Positions 49,744-59,618 of a stretch of 64,000 nucleotides of DNA are shown one piece after another. The stretch lies in assembly GCA_963668355.1 (NCBI GenBank), contig OY764265.1, forward strand, positions 32,001-96,000, given 5' to 3'. The notes under the pieces are model-generated. The model was not told where the DNA came from. It worked only from the letters and a program-made list of their open reading frames with translations, and searched no databases. Positions within the stretch are counted from its first letter, which is position 1. Every line of letters begins with the position of its first letter. The translations under genes were made by a program, and so were the position numbers. Source of the DNA: Bdellovibrionota bacterium. Lineage in GTDB: Bacteria > Bdellovibrionota_G > JALEGL01 > DATDPG01.

Positions 49744-51639
49744 ATGGACTTTTTTGCACAACAAGATCTTCGACGAAAGCGAACGCGCTTACTGTTCGCC
49801 CTCATGTCTTTTTCGGTCCTTCTTCTCATTTTTTTCGTCTACCTGGGATTGAACTTCCTACAACAACTCCAGTTTCCCCATTTTTTCTCCAACCATTCCA
49901 AGCCTTGGATTTGGTGGAATCCCCGGCTTTTCTTTGGAACCACCTTGGGAATTTTATGCGTGGTCGGATTCGGAACCTGGTTCAAACTCCGACAACTTCG
50001 TCGCGGGGGAAGGTATCTGGTTGAACGCCTGGAAGGAACTCCGGTTCACCCACCCTTTCGAAACGAAAAGGAACGAATACTTTGGAATGTTGTTGAAGAA
50101 ATGTCCATCGCCTCGGGACTCCCCATGCCGGATGTGTTCATTTTGGAAGATGCCCCTGGAATCAACGCGTTTGCCGCTGGCTTGTCGATCTACGATTCCG
50201 CCATTGCGGTTTCAAAAGGCTCCCTTCGAATCCTCACAAGGGATGAGCTTCAAGCTTTGGTCGCGCATGAATTCAGTCATATCCTCAATGGAGACATGAA
50301 GATGAATGCCCGACTTTTGGGATGGCTTCATGGGATTCAATCTGTCGGGCTCCTCGGTTTGATTTTGCTTCGTGCTTCATCGTTTGGAAGGTTTCGGCGT
50401 TTAGATCCTCGTTCCTGGCTCATCGGCCCTTTCCTCATCGCATTGGGATCTCTGGGAGTCTTTTGTGGACGTCTAATCAAGCGAGCCATTTCTCGGGAAC
50501 GGGAATATTTGGCTGATGCCGCTTCGGTCCAGTTCACTCGAAATCCTTCGGGGATCTTGGGACTCTTAAAAAAAATCGGGGGCTTTCGCTGGGGATCCCA
50601 AATCCGGCATCCGAACGTAGAGGAGATGAGTCATATGTATTTCAGCTCCGCTTTTCGACGCCTGGAAGGTTCTCTTCTCTCCACCCATCCGCCCCTCCTC
50701 GACCGAATTCGATCCATCGAACCGTCTTTTGACGGCCAATACCCTGAAATCGCAAAGGACGAAGCGCTCCCAGAGTTCCCGACAAAAATTTCTCGCCACT
50801 ATTCAGCCATCGATTCGAACGTCGACTTTCTTACAACGATTACGCCCGAACACATCGCGTTCGCCGGCGCTTTTGTGGCGGAGCTTTCCCCCGAAACGCG
50901 AAAACAAACCCAAGAAGCTCATTTCGCCATGGCCCTTCCCTGTGCTCTCTTACTTGATGAGGAAGAGTCCATCCGAGCCCAACAAAAGAAAATCCTTCAT
51001 GAGGAGTGGGGACATGACTTCCTTCAAAATGTGGACATCATGAAGAAGACTTATGATGGTTTATCGGAAAAGGGGAGACTTCCCCTCTTAACCCTTGCCC
51101 TTCCTTCGCTGAAAGCCTTGTCGGAAAAGAAGAAGAGCCAACTCATTCGAACGCTAAAGAAACTGGTGGATGCGGATGAAAAAATGTCTCTTTTTGAGTT
51201 CGTTCTGGGCAGGATGTTCAAAAATCATATTCTTCAAGGTGCCACACTTGATCGAACACCGATGATCCAATACATGGCCCTGCGCCCTCTTCTTACGGAC
51301 TGTGCAAAGATCTTTTCTGTCTTGGCCCATGCTGGAGCGGAAGGCAATTCGAAGTTGGCTCAGAAAGCCTTTGAACGCGGTGTCCAAAGCCTCACGCGTT
51401 CTTCTCTCCCCTTTTTCAAAAAGGAAGAAGTCTCCTATTCCGCCCTCAACCGTATTTTAGATCGCCTGTTTAGAGCCTCTCCCATCCTCAAAAAACGAAT
51501 TCTCAAATCCTGCTCCATCATCGTTTTTTTCGATCAGAAGGTAAGTGTCGATGAAGGCGAACTTTTGCGCGTGATCGCTGATTCCATGGGGACTCCCATG
51601 CCTCCGATTCTTGAGACTCCTCCCTTTAAAGACATATAA
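49744..51639 (+). CDS. M48 family (HtpX-like) membrane metalloprotease, long form
   Basis: INAFAAG, AHEFSHILNGD, REYLADA, STHPP. Confidence 0.9.
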   Translation: MDFFAQQDLRRKRTRLLFALMSFSVLLLIFFVYLGLNFLQQLQFPHFFSNHSKPWIWWNPRLFFGTTLGILCVVGFGTWFKLRQLRRGGRYLVERLEGTPVHPPFRNEKERILWNVVEEMSIASGLPMPDVFILEDAPGINAFAAGLSIYDSAIAVSKGSLRILTRDELQALVAHEFSHILNGDMKMNARLLGWLHGIQSVGLLGLILLRASSFGRFRRLDPRSWLIGPFLIALGSLGVFCGRLIKRAISREREYLADAASVQFTRNPSGILGLLKKIGGFRWGSQIRHPNVEEMSHMYFSSAFRRLEGSLLSTHPPLLDRIRSIEPSFDGQYPEIAKDEALPEFPTKISRHYSAIDSNVDFLTTITPEHIAFAGAFVAELSPETRKQTQEAHFAMALPCALLLDEEESIRAQQKKILHEEWGHDFLQNVDIMKKTYDGLSEKGRLPLLTLALPSLKALSEKKKSQLIRTLKKLVDADEKMSLFEFVLGRMFKNHILQGATLDRTPMIQYMALRPLLTDCAKIFSVLAHAGAEGNSKLAQKAFERGVQSLTRSSLPFFKKEEVSYSALNRILDRLFRASPILKKRILKSCSIIVFFDQKVSVDEGELLRVIADSMGTPMPPILETPPFKDI

Positions 51640-51678
51640 ATTTCTTGGCAACGCCTTCCTTTTGCCTACAGTAGCGCC

Positions 51679-52272
51679 ATGGATCTTTTTTCATCATTTA
51701 CGTTGGCGTTCATTCCCCTTTTTGTGGCGATGGATGCCGTTGGGGTTCTTCCGATTTATGTCGCCTTGATCGAGGGCGAAGAAAAAAAATCCGTCAACCG
51801 AATTCTTCTTCAAGCGGTAACGACCGCCGTTGTGGTTGGCGTTCTTTTTCTATTTGTCGGCAAATTGGTTTTTTCGTTTCTGGGAATTACCGTCGGAGAT
51901 TTCAAAGTTGCAGGAGGCTTAATTCTGCTCATTTTTGCCATCAACGATCTCCTTTTTGGAAACAAAAATCGACGCAAGCCTTCAGAGGCAATTGGCGTAG
52001 TTCCATTGGGTATGCCACTCATCGTTGGACCGGCTGTCTTGACGGCACTCATCATGCAAGTGGATATGGTAGGAACCTGGATTACGCTCTTGGCCTTTGG
52101 TGTGAATGTGATCTTTTCCTATCTGATCTTTCGAAGTTCAGACTTCATCGTCAAATGGATTGGAAAGGCCGGGACTCAAGGCGTTTCCAAGGTCGCCAAT
52201 CTATTCCTAGCGGCGATTGGCGTCATGATCATCCGCATCGGCATCACGGAATTGATCGGGAATCTTCCTTAG
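51679..52272 (+). CDS. marC: MarC family membrane protein
   Basis: LFVAMDAVG, FKVAGG, VVPLGMPLIVGP. Confidence 0.9.
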   Translation: MDLFSSFTLAFIPLFVAMDAVGVLPIYVALIEGEEKKSVNRILLQAVTTAVVVGVLFLFVGKLVFSFLGITVGDFKVAGGLILLIFAINDLLFGNKNRRKPSEAIGVVPLGMPLIVGPAVLTALIMQVDMVGTWITLLAFGVNVIFSYLIFRSSDFIVKWIGKAGTQGVSKVANLFLAAIGVMIIRIGITELIGNLP

Positions 52273-52273
52273 T

Positions 52274-53227
52274 TTAGGGTTTTTTCAAAAGCGCATTGAA
52301 CAAAATGCGCTCAACCTTAAAGCGATCTCCACGCTCTTTTTGTCCGGCCAACAAGGCTTGGTCGTAATACAAAGCCATGGCCTGAAGCTTTGAAAATCGC
52401 GCTAAGGAAGTAAAAGCAACGAGTTCCTGAGGCTCATTCCTGGGAATCGCCCACACTTTTCCGGACATCGAATCTCCAATAAAAAAACGATTCGCATAAA
52501 ACTCTAGACCTAACAAAGACGAAAAATCCGGATGATGGGCAAACACCGAGACCTCATGGTCTCTGAGGGAATATTTCAAAACCGCCGCTTGCTTGGCGTT
52601 TGGCCATCCCCGAGTGTCCGTTGCCAAATACAAGTATTTCCCATCGGTCGACACATAAATGGCATTTGGACCACCATAACCCAAAGCCTCAAAATCTTTC
52701 TTTTGAAGAAGCTTTCGAAACTCACGTGTTTTTGGATCAAAAGACCATACAGTTCCCTGGCTTGATTCGCAGACATACGCTTTTCGATTCATCAAAGAAA
52801 ACGTTACGTCATTGATAAAGCGAGTCTCTGGATCTGTTTCAAAAGGTACCTTAAAAATTTTTGGAGCTTTTTGGTTGTCATCTTTGGGTTTAAAGGCCTT
52901 CAATTCGTTTTCATCTGCGACATAGAGTTCAGCACGCCGAAGATCCCAGGCCAATCCCCGGGGATGTCGCAAACCATCGTAGAGAGGATACACATCATCC
53001 TTTACGATCTTCCAAATGAACCCCTGATTCTCTTCTTCATCGTAATCCGAAAGAAAATATTCCTTACTTCCAAAAGACTCAGCCCCTTGAGGAGAATGAA
53101 CCACATCTGGAAACATAAATGGCTGCGCCTCTGCCTGCGCTCTTTCAGAAACTGCGTTCCGACTCGCACAGCTCATACATAACGACCCAACACAGAAAAC
53201 AATTCCTACAATTTTTATGATGTTCAT
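52274..53227 (-). CDS. SMP-30/gluconolactonase-like propeller lipoprotein
   Basis: Lipobox CMSC; PRGL, FINDV, GPNAI motifs. Confidence 0.65.
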   Translation of the reverse strand: MNIIKIVGIVFCVGSLCMSCASRNAVSERAQAEAQPFMFPDVVHSPQGAESFGSKEYFLSDYDEEENQGFIWKIVKDDVYPLYDGLRHPRGLAWDLRRAELYVADENELKAFKPKDDNQKAPKIFKVPFETDPETRFINDVTFSLMNRKAYVCESSQGTVWSFDPKTREFRKLLQKKDFEALGYGGPNAIYVSTDGKYLYLATDTRGWPNAKQAAVLKYSLRDHEVSVFAHHPDFSSLLGLEFYANRFFIGDSMSGKVWAIPRNEPQELVAFTSLARFSKLQAMALYYDQALLAGQKERGDRFKVERILFNALLKKP

Positions 53228-53251
53228 TCCCTTGACCTTCTTTTGCTCAAC

Positions 53252-53719
53252 TTACCAACGATGATACGCAGGATGCCCCTCTTTTACGGCGACAAAAACG
53301 CCCCGGCAAGTGGCGCAAACCTTTCCATTCGCTTCCAACTCCCCTTCGACTGTGGCTCGACTTCCTTTTACCTCAACGGGCTTGGCCCTCAAATGGACTT
53401 CGCAACCCATGGGAGTGGGACGCATCATCTGAATCGTATATTCTGCGGTTACCGTACAAGGAGGGCTCTCTTGCTCCATCGACTTCATCAAATGAAACGC
53501 GGCCGTCCAGTTGCAATGACAATCCAAGAGGGTCCCAATAATGCCTCCACAAAGGACATTCTCAAAAGCATGATGATGCATTTCAGGCTGAAAAGAGGCA
53601 ACCACCCACTCTCCCTCCACAAAACTCTTGATTTGAAGTCCTTTCTCGTTGGCCGCACCACAGCCAAAACACACACCTTTGGAACCATACTGATCTTGCA
53701 AACTAACTTTCTCACTCAT
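53252..53719 (-). CDS. PaaI-like hotdog thioesterase
   Basis: CFGCG..N..GL, LCGGIIGTLLD. Confidence 0.85.
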   Translation of the reverse strand: MSEKVSLQDQYGSKGVCFGCGAANEKGLQIKSFVEGEWVVASFQPEMHHHAFENVLCGGIIGTLLDCHCNWTAAFHLMKSMEQESPPCTVTAEYTIQMMRPTPMGCEVHLRAKPVEVKGSRATVEGELEANGKVCATCRGVFVAVKEGHPAYHRW

Positions 53720-54464
53720 GGATTTTTCTCCTTATGGATGAGCCCGGGACAATAGCACTCTCATGACTATCTTCAAATTCCACCAACCCTTTCGAGCCCC
53801 CATCATAATCCTTGGCTTCAATTTTCAGCTTGGCCCCACGCCCAAAAGCCGTACAGCTTTCGTTTAAATTCTCTTCCAGTCCCCGCCAAAACCGAATGAA
53901 GGGATTCGTTTTCCATTCGGTACCCACATCCGTTTCATCCATATGTCCGGGGAAAATCTTCGTTTCCGGAGGAAGTCCCATCAATGTCTCCATGATGGAG
54001 TGTCTCAAATCTTCATACGTCGTATGTCCCGGTCCGCATGTCCCCCCCACAGAACCTCGAAATAAAGTATCTCCAGTAAAGACGACTTGGTCCTGAACCA
54101 AAAACGCCGATTGTCCTGCCGTGTGACCGGGAAGATGCAAAACCTGAATCGAAAGGGAACCTATTTCAAAGATTTGTTTGTGATCGAACTCGACATCCAC
54201 ATCGGAGATTAAGTTTGCTTCTCTCTTGTGCGCTGCAATCGTACATTTCCACTCTGATTTCAGCTCCAAATTGTGCGCAATATGGTCATGATGATGGTGG
54301 GTACAAAAAATCGTTCGGACCTTAAGCCCCTGATCTTTCACAAAGTATAAAATCTCCTCCTTTGATCCTCCTGAGTCGATCAAAATGGCCTCGGATGCTG
54401 GCCCTGCCGCCACGATGAAGGAGTTCGATAACCAATGAGAGTTCATAAATCGCTCGATCAACAT
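53712..54464 (-). CDS. Metallo-beta-lactamase fold hydrolase (glyoxalase II-like)
   Basis: THHHHDH, PGHT, FTGDTLF, FPGH. Confidence 0.9.
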   Translation of the reverse strand: MLIERFMNSHWLSNSFIVAAGPASEAILIDSGGSKEEILYFVKDQGLKVRTIFCTHHHHDHIAHNLELKSEWKCTIAAHKREANLISDVDVEFDHKQIFEIGSLSIQVLHLPGHTAGQSAFLVQDQVVFTGDTLFRGSVGGTCGPGHTTYEDLRHSIMETLMGLPPETKIFPGHMDETDVGTEWKTNPFIRFWRGLEENLNESCTAFGRGAKLKIEAKDYDGGSKGLVEFEDSHESAIVPGSSIRRKIHE

Positions 54465-54529
54465 GAAAGCCAACCTATGCTCTTGGAGTTCTTCTGGTCA
54501 ACAAAAGCTTCTTCAGGTAGACCAAAGAC

Positions 54530-55522
54530 ATGGAATATCGACGTCTTGGAAAATCGGGTCTTCGTTTGAGTGCGTTATCTTTTGGTTCTTGGGTGACCTT
54601 TAGCAATCAGATGGATGAAAAAAACGCCAAGGAATGCATGGCCATGGCCTACGACGCGGGAGTGAATTTCTTTGATAATGCCGAGGTTTATGCCGGTGGC
54701 GAATCGGAAGAAATCATGGGAAGTGTCCTGCAAAAAATGGGATGGGGACGTGATTCATTTTGCGTTTCCTCAAAGGTATTCTGGGGAGGCGAGAAACCCA
54801 CCCAACGCGGGCTGAGTCGAAAACACATTGTGGATGCCTGCCATGCGGCTTTAAAGCGCTTGAACGTAGATTATTTGGATCTGTTCTTTTGCCATCGCCC
54901 AGACAAACATACGCCGACCGAAGAAACGGTCCGAGCCATGCACGACCTCATCCAGCAGGGAAAAATTCTTTATTGGGGGACTTCGGAGTGGTCAGCAGAA
55001 CAGATTTTTGAGGCTCATGGCCTCGCCAGACAATACAACCTCACTCCCCCCACAATGGAACAACCCCAATACAATATGTTTTGCCGAAACAATGTCGAAG
55101 TCGAGCTGAATCGAGCGTGCAAGGAACTGGGACTGGGAACCACAATTTGGTCTCCCCTGGCTTCCGGGGTTCTTACGGGCAAATACAGCCAGGGAATTCC
55201 CGAGGACTCCCGAATGAACCTCGAAGGATATTCGTTTTTGAGAAAGCGCCTCGAATCTCCCGAAGGCAAATTGCAGATTGAACGAACGCAAGAGCTGAGT
55301 TCCTTTGCCGAAGAGCTGGGAACCAACATCACACAACTGGCCATTGCCTGGTGCTTAAAACACCCAAACGTGAGTACGGTGATTTTAGGAGCTTCTCGTC
55401 CTTCTCAATTGGAAGAAAACTTGAAATCCATTGAAACCTTGAGCCTCTTAAATGAAGAAGCCATGGGAAAGATCGAAGGCATTTTGAAGAACCAGCCTCA
55501 ACCCAAAATCTATTTTGAATAG
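54530..55522 (+). CDS. Aldo/keto reductase (Kv-beta-like)
   Basis: YRRLGKSGL, FDNAEVY, HRPD, YWGTSEW, WSPLASG. Confidence 0.93.
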   Translation: MEYRRLGKSGLRLSALSFGSWVTFSNQMDEKNAKECMAMAYDAGVNFFDNAEVYAGGESEEIMGSVLQKMGWGRDSFCVSSKVFWGGEKPTQRGLSRKHIVDACHAALKRLNVDYLDLFFCHRPDKHTPTEETVRAMHDLIQQGKILYWGTSEWSAEQIFEAHGLARQYNLTPPTMEQPQYNMFCRNNVEVELNRACKELGLGTTIWSPLASGVLTGKYSQGIPEDSRMNLEGYSFLRKRLESPEGKLQIERTQELSSFAEELGTNITQLAIAWCLKHPNVSTVILGASRPSQLEENLKSIETLSLLNEEAMGKIEGILKNQPQPKIYFE

Positions 55523-55545
55523 GCAGACGTTGGATCTAAAAAGAT

Positions 55546-56286
55546 TCAACCAAAGACCAGCTCAAGAAACCGGGGAAGAAGTCTCGGGGTATCTTTCACA
55601 TCCATCGAATAACGGGCAAGGGTTTCTTGAACCCCCTTTTCATCCATATTGACGGAGTACTCTTTCATATAGTGATTGAATCGATCCAAATTGGTCTTTT
55701 GGTCCAACTCTGGGTGAAATTGTGTGGCCCAAATGGGCTTTCCAGGAATTCGCAACGCTTGAAAAGGACATAAGTCACTGCTCACCAAGTTTGGAATTCC
55801 TCCCGGTTGTTCGATCGTTCGATCTTTGTGTCCCATGCACCCCAAAAACGTTTCAGGAAAGGCCTCAAAGAGAGGATCTTTCTTCCCTTCTTGCGTCAAT
55901 TGCAAGGGATACACACCAACCTCCGTGGCATTTTCATCCCGGAAAATTCTTCCCCCCAAAGCCATCACCAAACACTGATAACCAAAACAAGAGGCAAACA
56001 TCGGCGTTCCCCGACTCACGCTGGCGTTTAAAAATTCGATGAAATCAAAATAGAAAGGAAGATTTTCTTTGGACACATCGAACTCACCACTCCCTCCCAC
56101 CATAATGGCATCCATGTATTTGATGTCTGATTTTTGTGGAGGGCCTTGGAGAAGATCGAACGAAATGATTTGATCCGATTCGAGACCTGTTTTTTCCACA
56201 AAGCACGCGAATTCATGCTCCTTCATCGGATCATTTAAATTTCGCGCCTGCAGCAATAATATCTTAACTCGCCTCAAACCCATCAT
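55546..56286 (-). CDS. Class I glutamine amidotransferase-like protein
   Basis: ASCFGYQ nucleophile elbow, QFHPE. Confidence 0.88.
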   Translation of the reverse strand: MMGLRRVKILLLQARNLNDPMKEHEFACFVEKTGLESDQIISFDLLQGPPQKSDIKYMDAIMVGGSGEFDVSKENLPFYFDFIEFLNASVSRGTPMFASCFGYQCLVMALGGRIFRDENATEVGVYPLQLTQEGKKDPLFEAFPETFLGCMGHKDRTIEQPGGIPNLVSSDLCPFQALRIPGKPIWATQFHPELDQKTNLDRFNHYMKEYSVNMDEKGVQETLARYSMDVKDTPRLLPRFLELVFG

Positions 56287-56373
56287 TTATGCGACTCTTA
56301 GCCTACCATAGGCAGTCGAATTGGACAGGGAAAAACCGTCGCACAAACTTTCTCCCTGTGTCACACTACGCCC

Positions 56374-56846
56374 ATGAAAATCACCACAATTCTGATGGCC
56401 GTGATTGCCCTATCGTTCAATATGAGCGTTTATGCAAAAACGCCCAAAAAATGAATTCGACGACTCAAAAATCCCAAACGAAAAAGAAAGGAACCAAGAT
56501 GAGTCAAACGTATGAAGATGTCACCGAACTGAAAATGGAAGACTTAAAAGTGGGCAACGGAGAAGAAGCCGTTTCCGGAAAGAAAGTGGTTGTCCACTAT
56601 ACGGGTTGGCTCACCAACGGAACCAAATTCGACTCCTCGGTGGACCGTGGACAAACCTTTTCATTTCAGCTCGGAGCTGGCCAAGTCATTCAGGGTTGGG
56701 ACAAAGGCGTCGCCGGAATGAAGGTGGGAGGAAAACGAAAGCTCATCATCCCCCCAGACATGGGCTACGGTGTTCGTGGGGCTGGCGGAGTCATCCCCCC
56801 CAATGCCACATTGGTCTTTGATGTAGAACTTCACGACGTCCAATAG
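56374..56846 (+). CDS. FKBP-type peptidyl-prolyl isomerase; signal peptide is out of frame
   Basis: [26 protein letters not shown]; signal peptide from ATG 56374 stops after A6 at 56446-56451; in-frame ATG 56499 has an AGGA RBS. Confidence 0.88.
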
Positions 56847-56865
56847 TTCGTCTTACCAATTTTTT

Positions 56866-56909
56866 AAAAAAACTACGCAACGTGAACCGTTCACTTTGCG
56901 TAGTTTTTT
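56866..56909. terminator. Bidirectional terminator between convergent genes
   Basis: AAAAAACTACGCAA...TTGCGTAGTTTTTT inverted repeat. Confidence 0.8.
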
Positions 56910-57450
56910 ATTCTTCTAAAACTTCTGTGGTCTGAAATTCTACGGAAAGTTTCTTGGTTTCCCCCTCGGAAAGATCGACCGTCTCAAAAACGGACTCATA
57001 TCCATCGATTCGAAATTCGACCTTGTGCGTTCCAACATCGAATGACCGAGCTTCAATGGGCGTTCTCCCGACGCGTTTTCCATCCACCCAAACCACGGCT
57101 TCTGGCTTCGACAAGAAGGTCACCTTTCCCTGGGCAGAATCCAAGGCTCTGGCCTTTTGAGAACAACGATTCTGTTGGGAACTTAGGGAGTAGTCACAGA
57201 AGACGGCTTTGCCCTCTATAAATTGAAGCGAAAACTCCATTTGAGTCCCGGCCTCCTTGTTTTGGTATCGAATGAGATGTTCACCCGACGAAACACTCCG
57301 ATCAGAGAGAGGCGTTAGCCCCAAGGATTTTCCATCCACAAACACCTCTACAGGCGTATCCGATTGAACACTTAAGGAGGATAGAGAAAAAGCGGAAAGA
57401 GAGATCCCCCAACAACCCAAAATGACCCCTAGGCATAATCGTTTCTTCAT
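56908..57450 (-). CDS. Exported PEGA-domain protein (two domains)
   Basis: Signal peptide from ATG 57450; VFVDGKSLGLTP and VWVDGKRVGRTP. Confidence 0.85.
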   Translation of the reverse strand: MKKRLCLGVILGCWGISLSAFSLSSLSVQSDTPVEVFVDGKSLGLTPLSDRSVSSGEHLIRYQNKEAGTQMEFSLQFIEGKAVFCDYSLSSQQNRCSQKARALDSAQGKVTFLSKPEAVVWVDGKRVGRTPIEARSFDVGTHKVEFRIDGYESVFETVDLSEGETKKLSVEFQTTEVLEE

Positions 57451-57772
57451 GACGAACGGTGTAACAGAAATCGGATTTCTGTCCAATCCACCCCCAAGCT
57501 TCCCGTTGGTATGGCGTTTGCTTATAGACCCCCTAAGAGCGACGAAAAGACGGAATGGAAAAACGAGAACATGTCCAAAATTCACACAATCCTTTGGGCA
57601 TCTCGTTCGAGGAATTGGCCTCACATTCAGTCTCCTAAGAAGCCTTAAAGGGTGTGACTGAGAGCATATCGTCCCCCATCCGCCAAAAAATGTTCTCAGT
57701 CCCACCCGGCAAGGTTACTTCTCGGGCAACGAAATTTCGGTGTTTTTTTGATTTTTCGTTACTTCTTGAAAA

Positions 57773-57952
57773 TCAAAACATCATGGTCCAGCCCTTGGGC
57801 AAAGACTCCCAAAACGAAGGTTTTTCTTTTCGCTGTGGGTCTCTCTTGTCCTCTTTTTGGGGCAAATCCAATTCCATCCCTCTCTGAAGCGGATCTTCGT
57901 CTAGAGGTGAAAATGGGGGACGTTTTTTGGGGTTTAAATACGGACGTAGCAT
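57773..57952 (-). CDS. Small 59-aa protein
   Basis: GAGGAGGT RBS (57957-57964), ATG 57952, sigma54 motif upstream. Confidence 0.55.
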   Translation of the reverse strand: MLRPYLNPKKRPPFSPLDEDPLQRGMELDLPQKEDKRDPQRKEKPSFWESLPKGWTMMF

Positions 57953-57987
57953 GGGGACCTCCTCGGTTGGCATCCTTTCCAAGAAGA

Positions 57988-58002
57988 GCATCCGCCATGC
58001 CA
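57988..58002 (-). promoter_or_regulatory. Sigma54-like promoter
   Basis: TGGCATG-GCGG-ATGC, divergent from the bEBP gene. Confidence 0.55.
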
Positions 58003-58112
58003 AGCGCGATGGTTTTTTCTCATTTAATATCAGATAATTAGGCGTTTTTTCAAACCTCTCCCCTCCAAAAACAACGATTTTTCGTTGAAAGTACTCTCCA
58101 CCTCGTATAGGC

Positions 58113-59609
58113 ATGAACGTAGATACATTCAACCCCTTCACGAAAGGCTTTTTAATGCCCTTGGAAAAAGTGATGGATGCTCAAGTCAGTATTCAAAAAG
58201 AGTTGAACGCGATTACCCGTGAATTTCAGAGTTGTCCGTTGGTGGGAAGCGAACAGCGTTTTCAAAAGCTCTTTCAATACTCCAACGATGCCATCTTTCT
58301 CGTGGAGCCCTCTCAAAAGCGCATTTTGGACGCCAATCAAAAAGCCTGTTCCATGTTGGGGTATTCTCACTCCGAACTTCTGACCCTTCCCGTTTCGGCA
58401 CTCCATTCCCACGAACAAGAGAAACTCGAGAAATTCATGCAAACGATTCTCTTGAATGGAAGTGGCAGCACGGATGCACTCACCTGCAGAACCAAATCCG
58501 GTCGCTTGCTGACGATCAGACTTTCCGCGTCGCTGACTCATTTCAACAACCAAACATGTCTTTTATCCCTCGTAAAAAACCGAACGGAAGAAGAACGCCT
58601 GGGTCGAGAAAATGAAGTCCTCCATCAAGACTTTCTTCATGAACTCGGCTTTGGTTCAATCATTGCGAATTCCGAAAATTTTAAGGCGGTTTTGGAAAAA
58701 GCCAAGCTGGTCGCGCCCACAGATGCCAATGTCCTAATCACAGGGGAGTCCGGAACCGGAAAGGAGCTGGTCGCAAGAGCCATACATGAACAAAGCATGA
58801 GAACGGGAAAGAATATGGTTCGCGTGAACTGCGCTTCGATTCCGCCTGAACTTTTTGAGAGTGAGTTCTTTGGCCATGTTCGTGGGGCTTTCACGGGAGC
58901 GGTGAAAGACCGTATGGGAAGATTCGAAGTAGCCGACAAAGGAACCTTGTTCCTGGACGAAGTTGGGGAGATTCCGCTGACCATCCAAGGAAAACTCCTT
59001 CGCGTGCTTCAGGATGGTCAGATTCAACGCGTGGGATCGGAACGAACCCATAAGGTAGACGTCCGGATCATTGCAGCCACAAACCGAAACATTGAACAAG
59101 AGGTCAAAAGAGGGAACTTCAGGAGAGATTTGTATTATCGACTGAGCGTTTTCCCCATTGAACTTCCTCCGTTGAGAGAACGCCCCGAAGACATTGATGC
59201 CCTGGCCAGACACTTCATTCAGAAATCTGCGCTTCGACTACGAAAACCAGAACCCCTTTTAACGCAACCTCAAATCGAGTGTTTGAAAGAATATCCCTGG
59301 CCGGGAAATGTTCGGGAGCTTCAAAACCTTTTTGAGCGAGCCATGATTTTGTATTCGGGTGAGGCAGAAACCTTGGATTTATGTACGGTGCTTCCCCAAG
59401 CCGGACTCGATGAAGAGAGTGAAACTCCTGGAAAAGACTGGAGTGCGTCACTCACCCTTTCGGACCTAAAACGCTTGGAAAAGGAAATCATTCAGAGAGA
59501 ATTATATCGCGCAAAGGGACGCGTATATGGCCCCAAAGGCGCCGCCAAGGCACTCGGAATCAAGCCGACCACGTTGGTTTCTCGAATGAAGAAAATGAAA
59601 CTCAACTGA
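58113..59609 (+). CDS. PAS-domain sigma54-dependent enhancer-binding protein
   Basis: PAS; GESGTGKE, GAFTGA, LFLDEVGE, WPGNVREL; Fis-type HTH; start may be 58155. Confidence 0.95.
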   Translation: MNVDTFNPFTKGFLMPLEKVMDAQVSIQKELNAITREFQSCPLVGSEQRFQKLFQYSNDAIFLVEPSQKRILDANQKACSMLGYSHSELLTLPVSALHSHEQEKLEKFMQTILLNGSGSTDALTCRTKSGRLLTIRLSASLTHFNNQTCLLSLVKNRTEEERLGRENEVLHQDFLHELGFGSIIANSENFKAVLEKAKLVAPTDANVLITGESGTGKELVARAIHEQSMRTGKNMVRVNCASIPPELFESEFFGHVRGAFTGAVKDRMGRFEVADKGTLFLDEVGEIPLTIQGKLLRVLQDGQIQRVGSERTHKVDVRIIAATNRNIEQEVKRGNFRRDLYYRLSVFPIELPPLRERPEDIDALARHFIQKSALRLRKPEPLLTQPQIECLKEYPWPGNVRELQNLFERAMILYSGEAETLDLCTVLPQAGLDEESETPGKDWSASLTLSDLKRLEKEIIQRELYRAKGRVYGPKGAAKALGIKPTTLVSRMKKMKLN

Positions 59610-59618
59610 TCCTTCTCC

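Noticed and set aside
57451..57705. N-terminal extension of the PEGA ORF
   Set aside because: Signal peptide begins at ATG 57450; the extension looks non-coding
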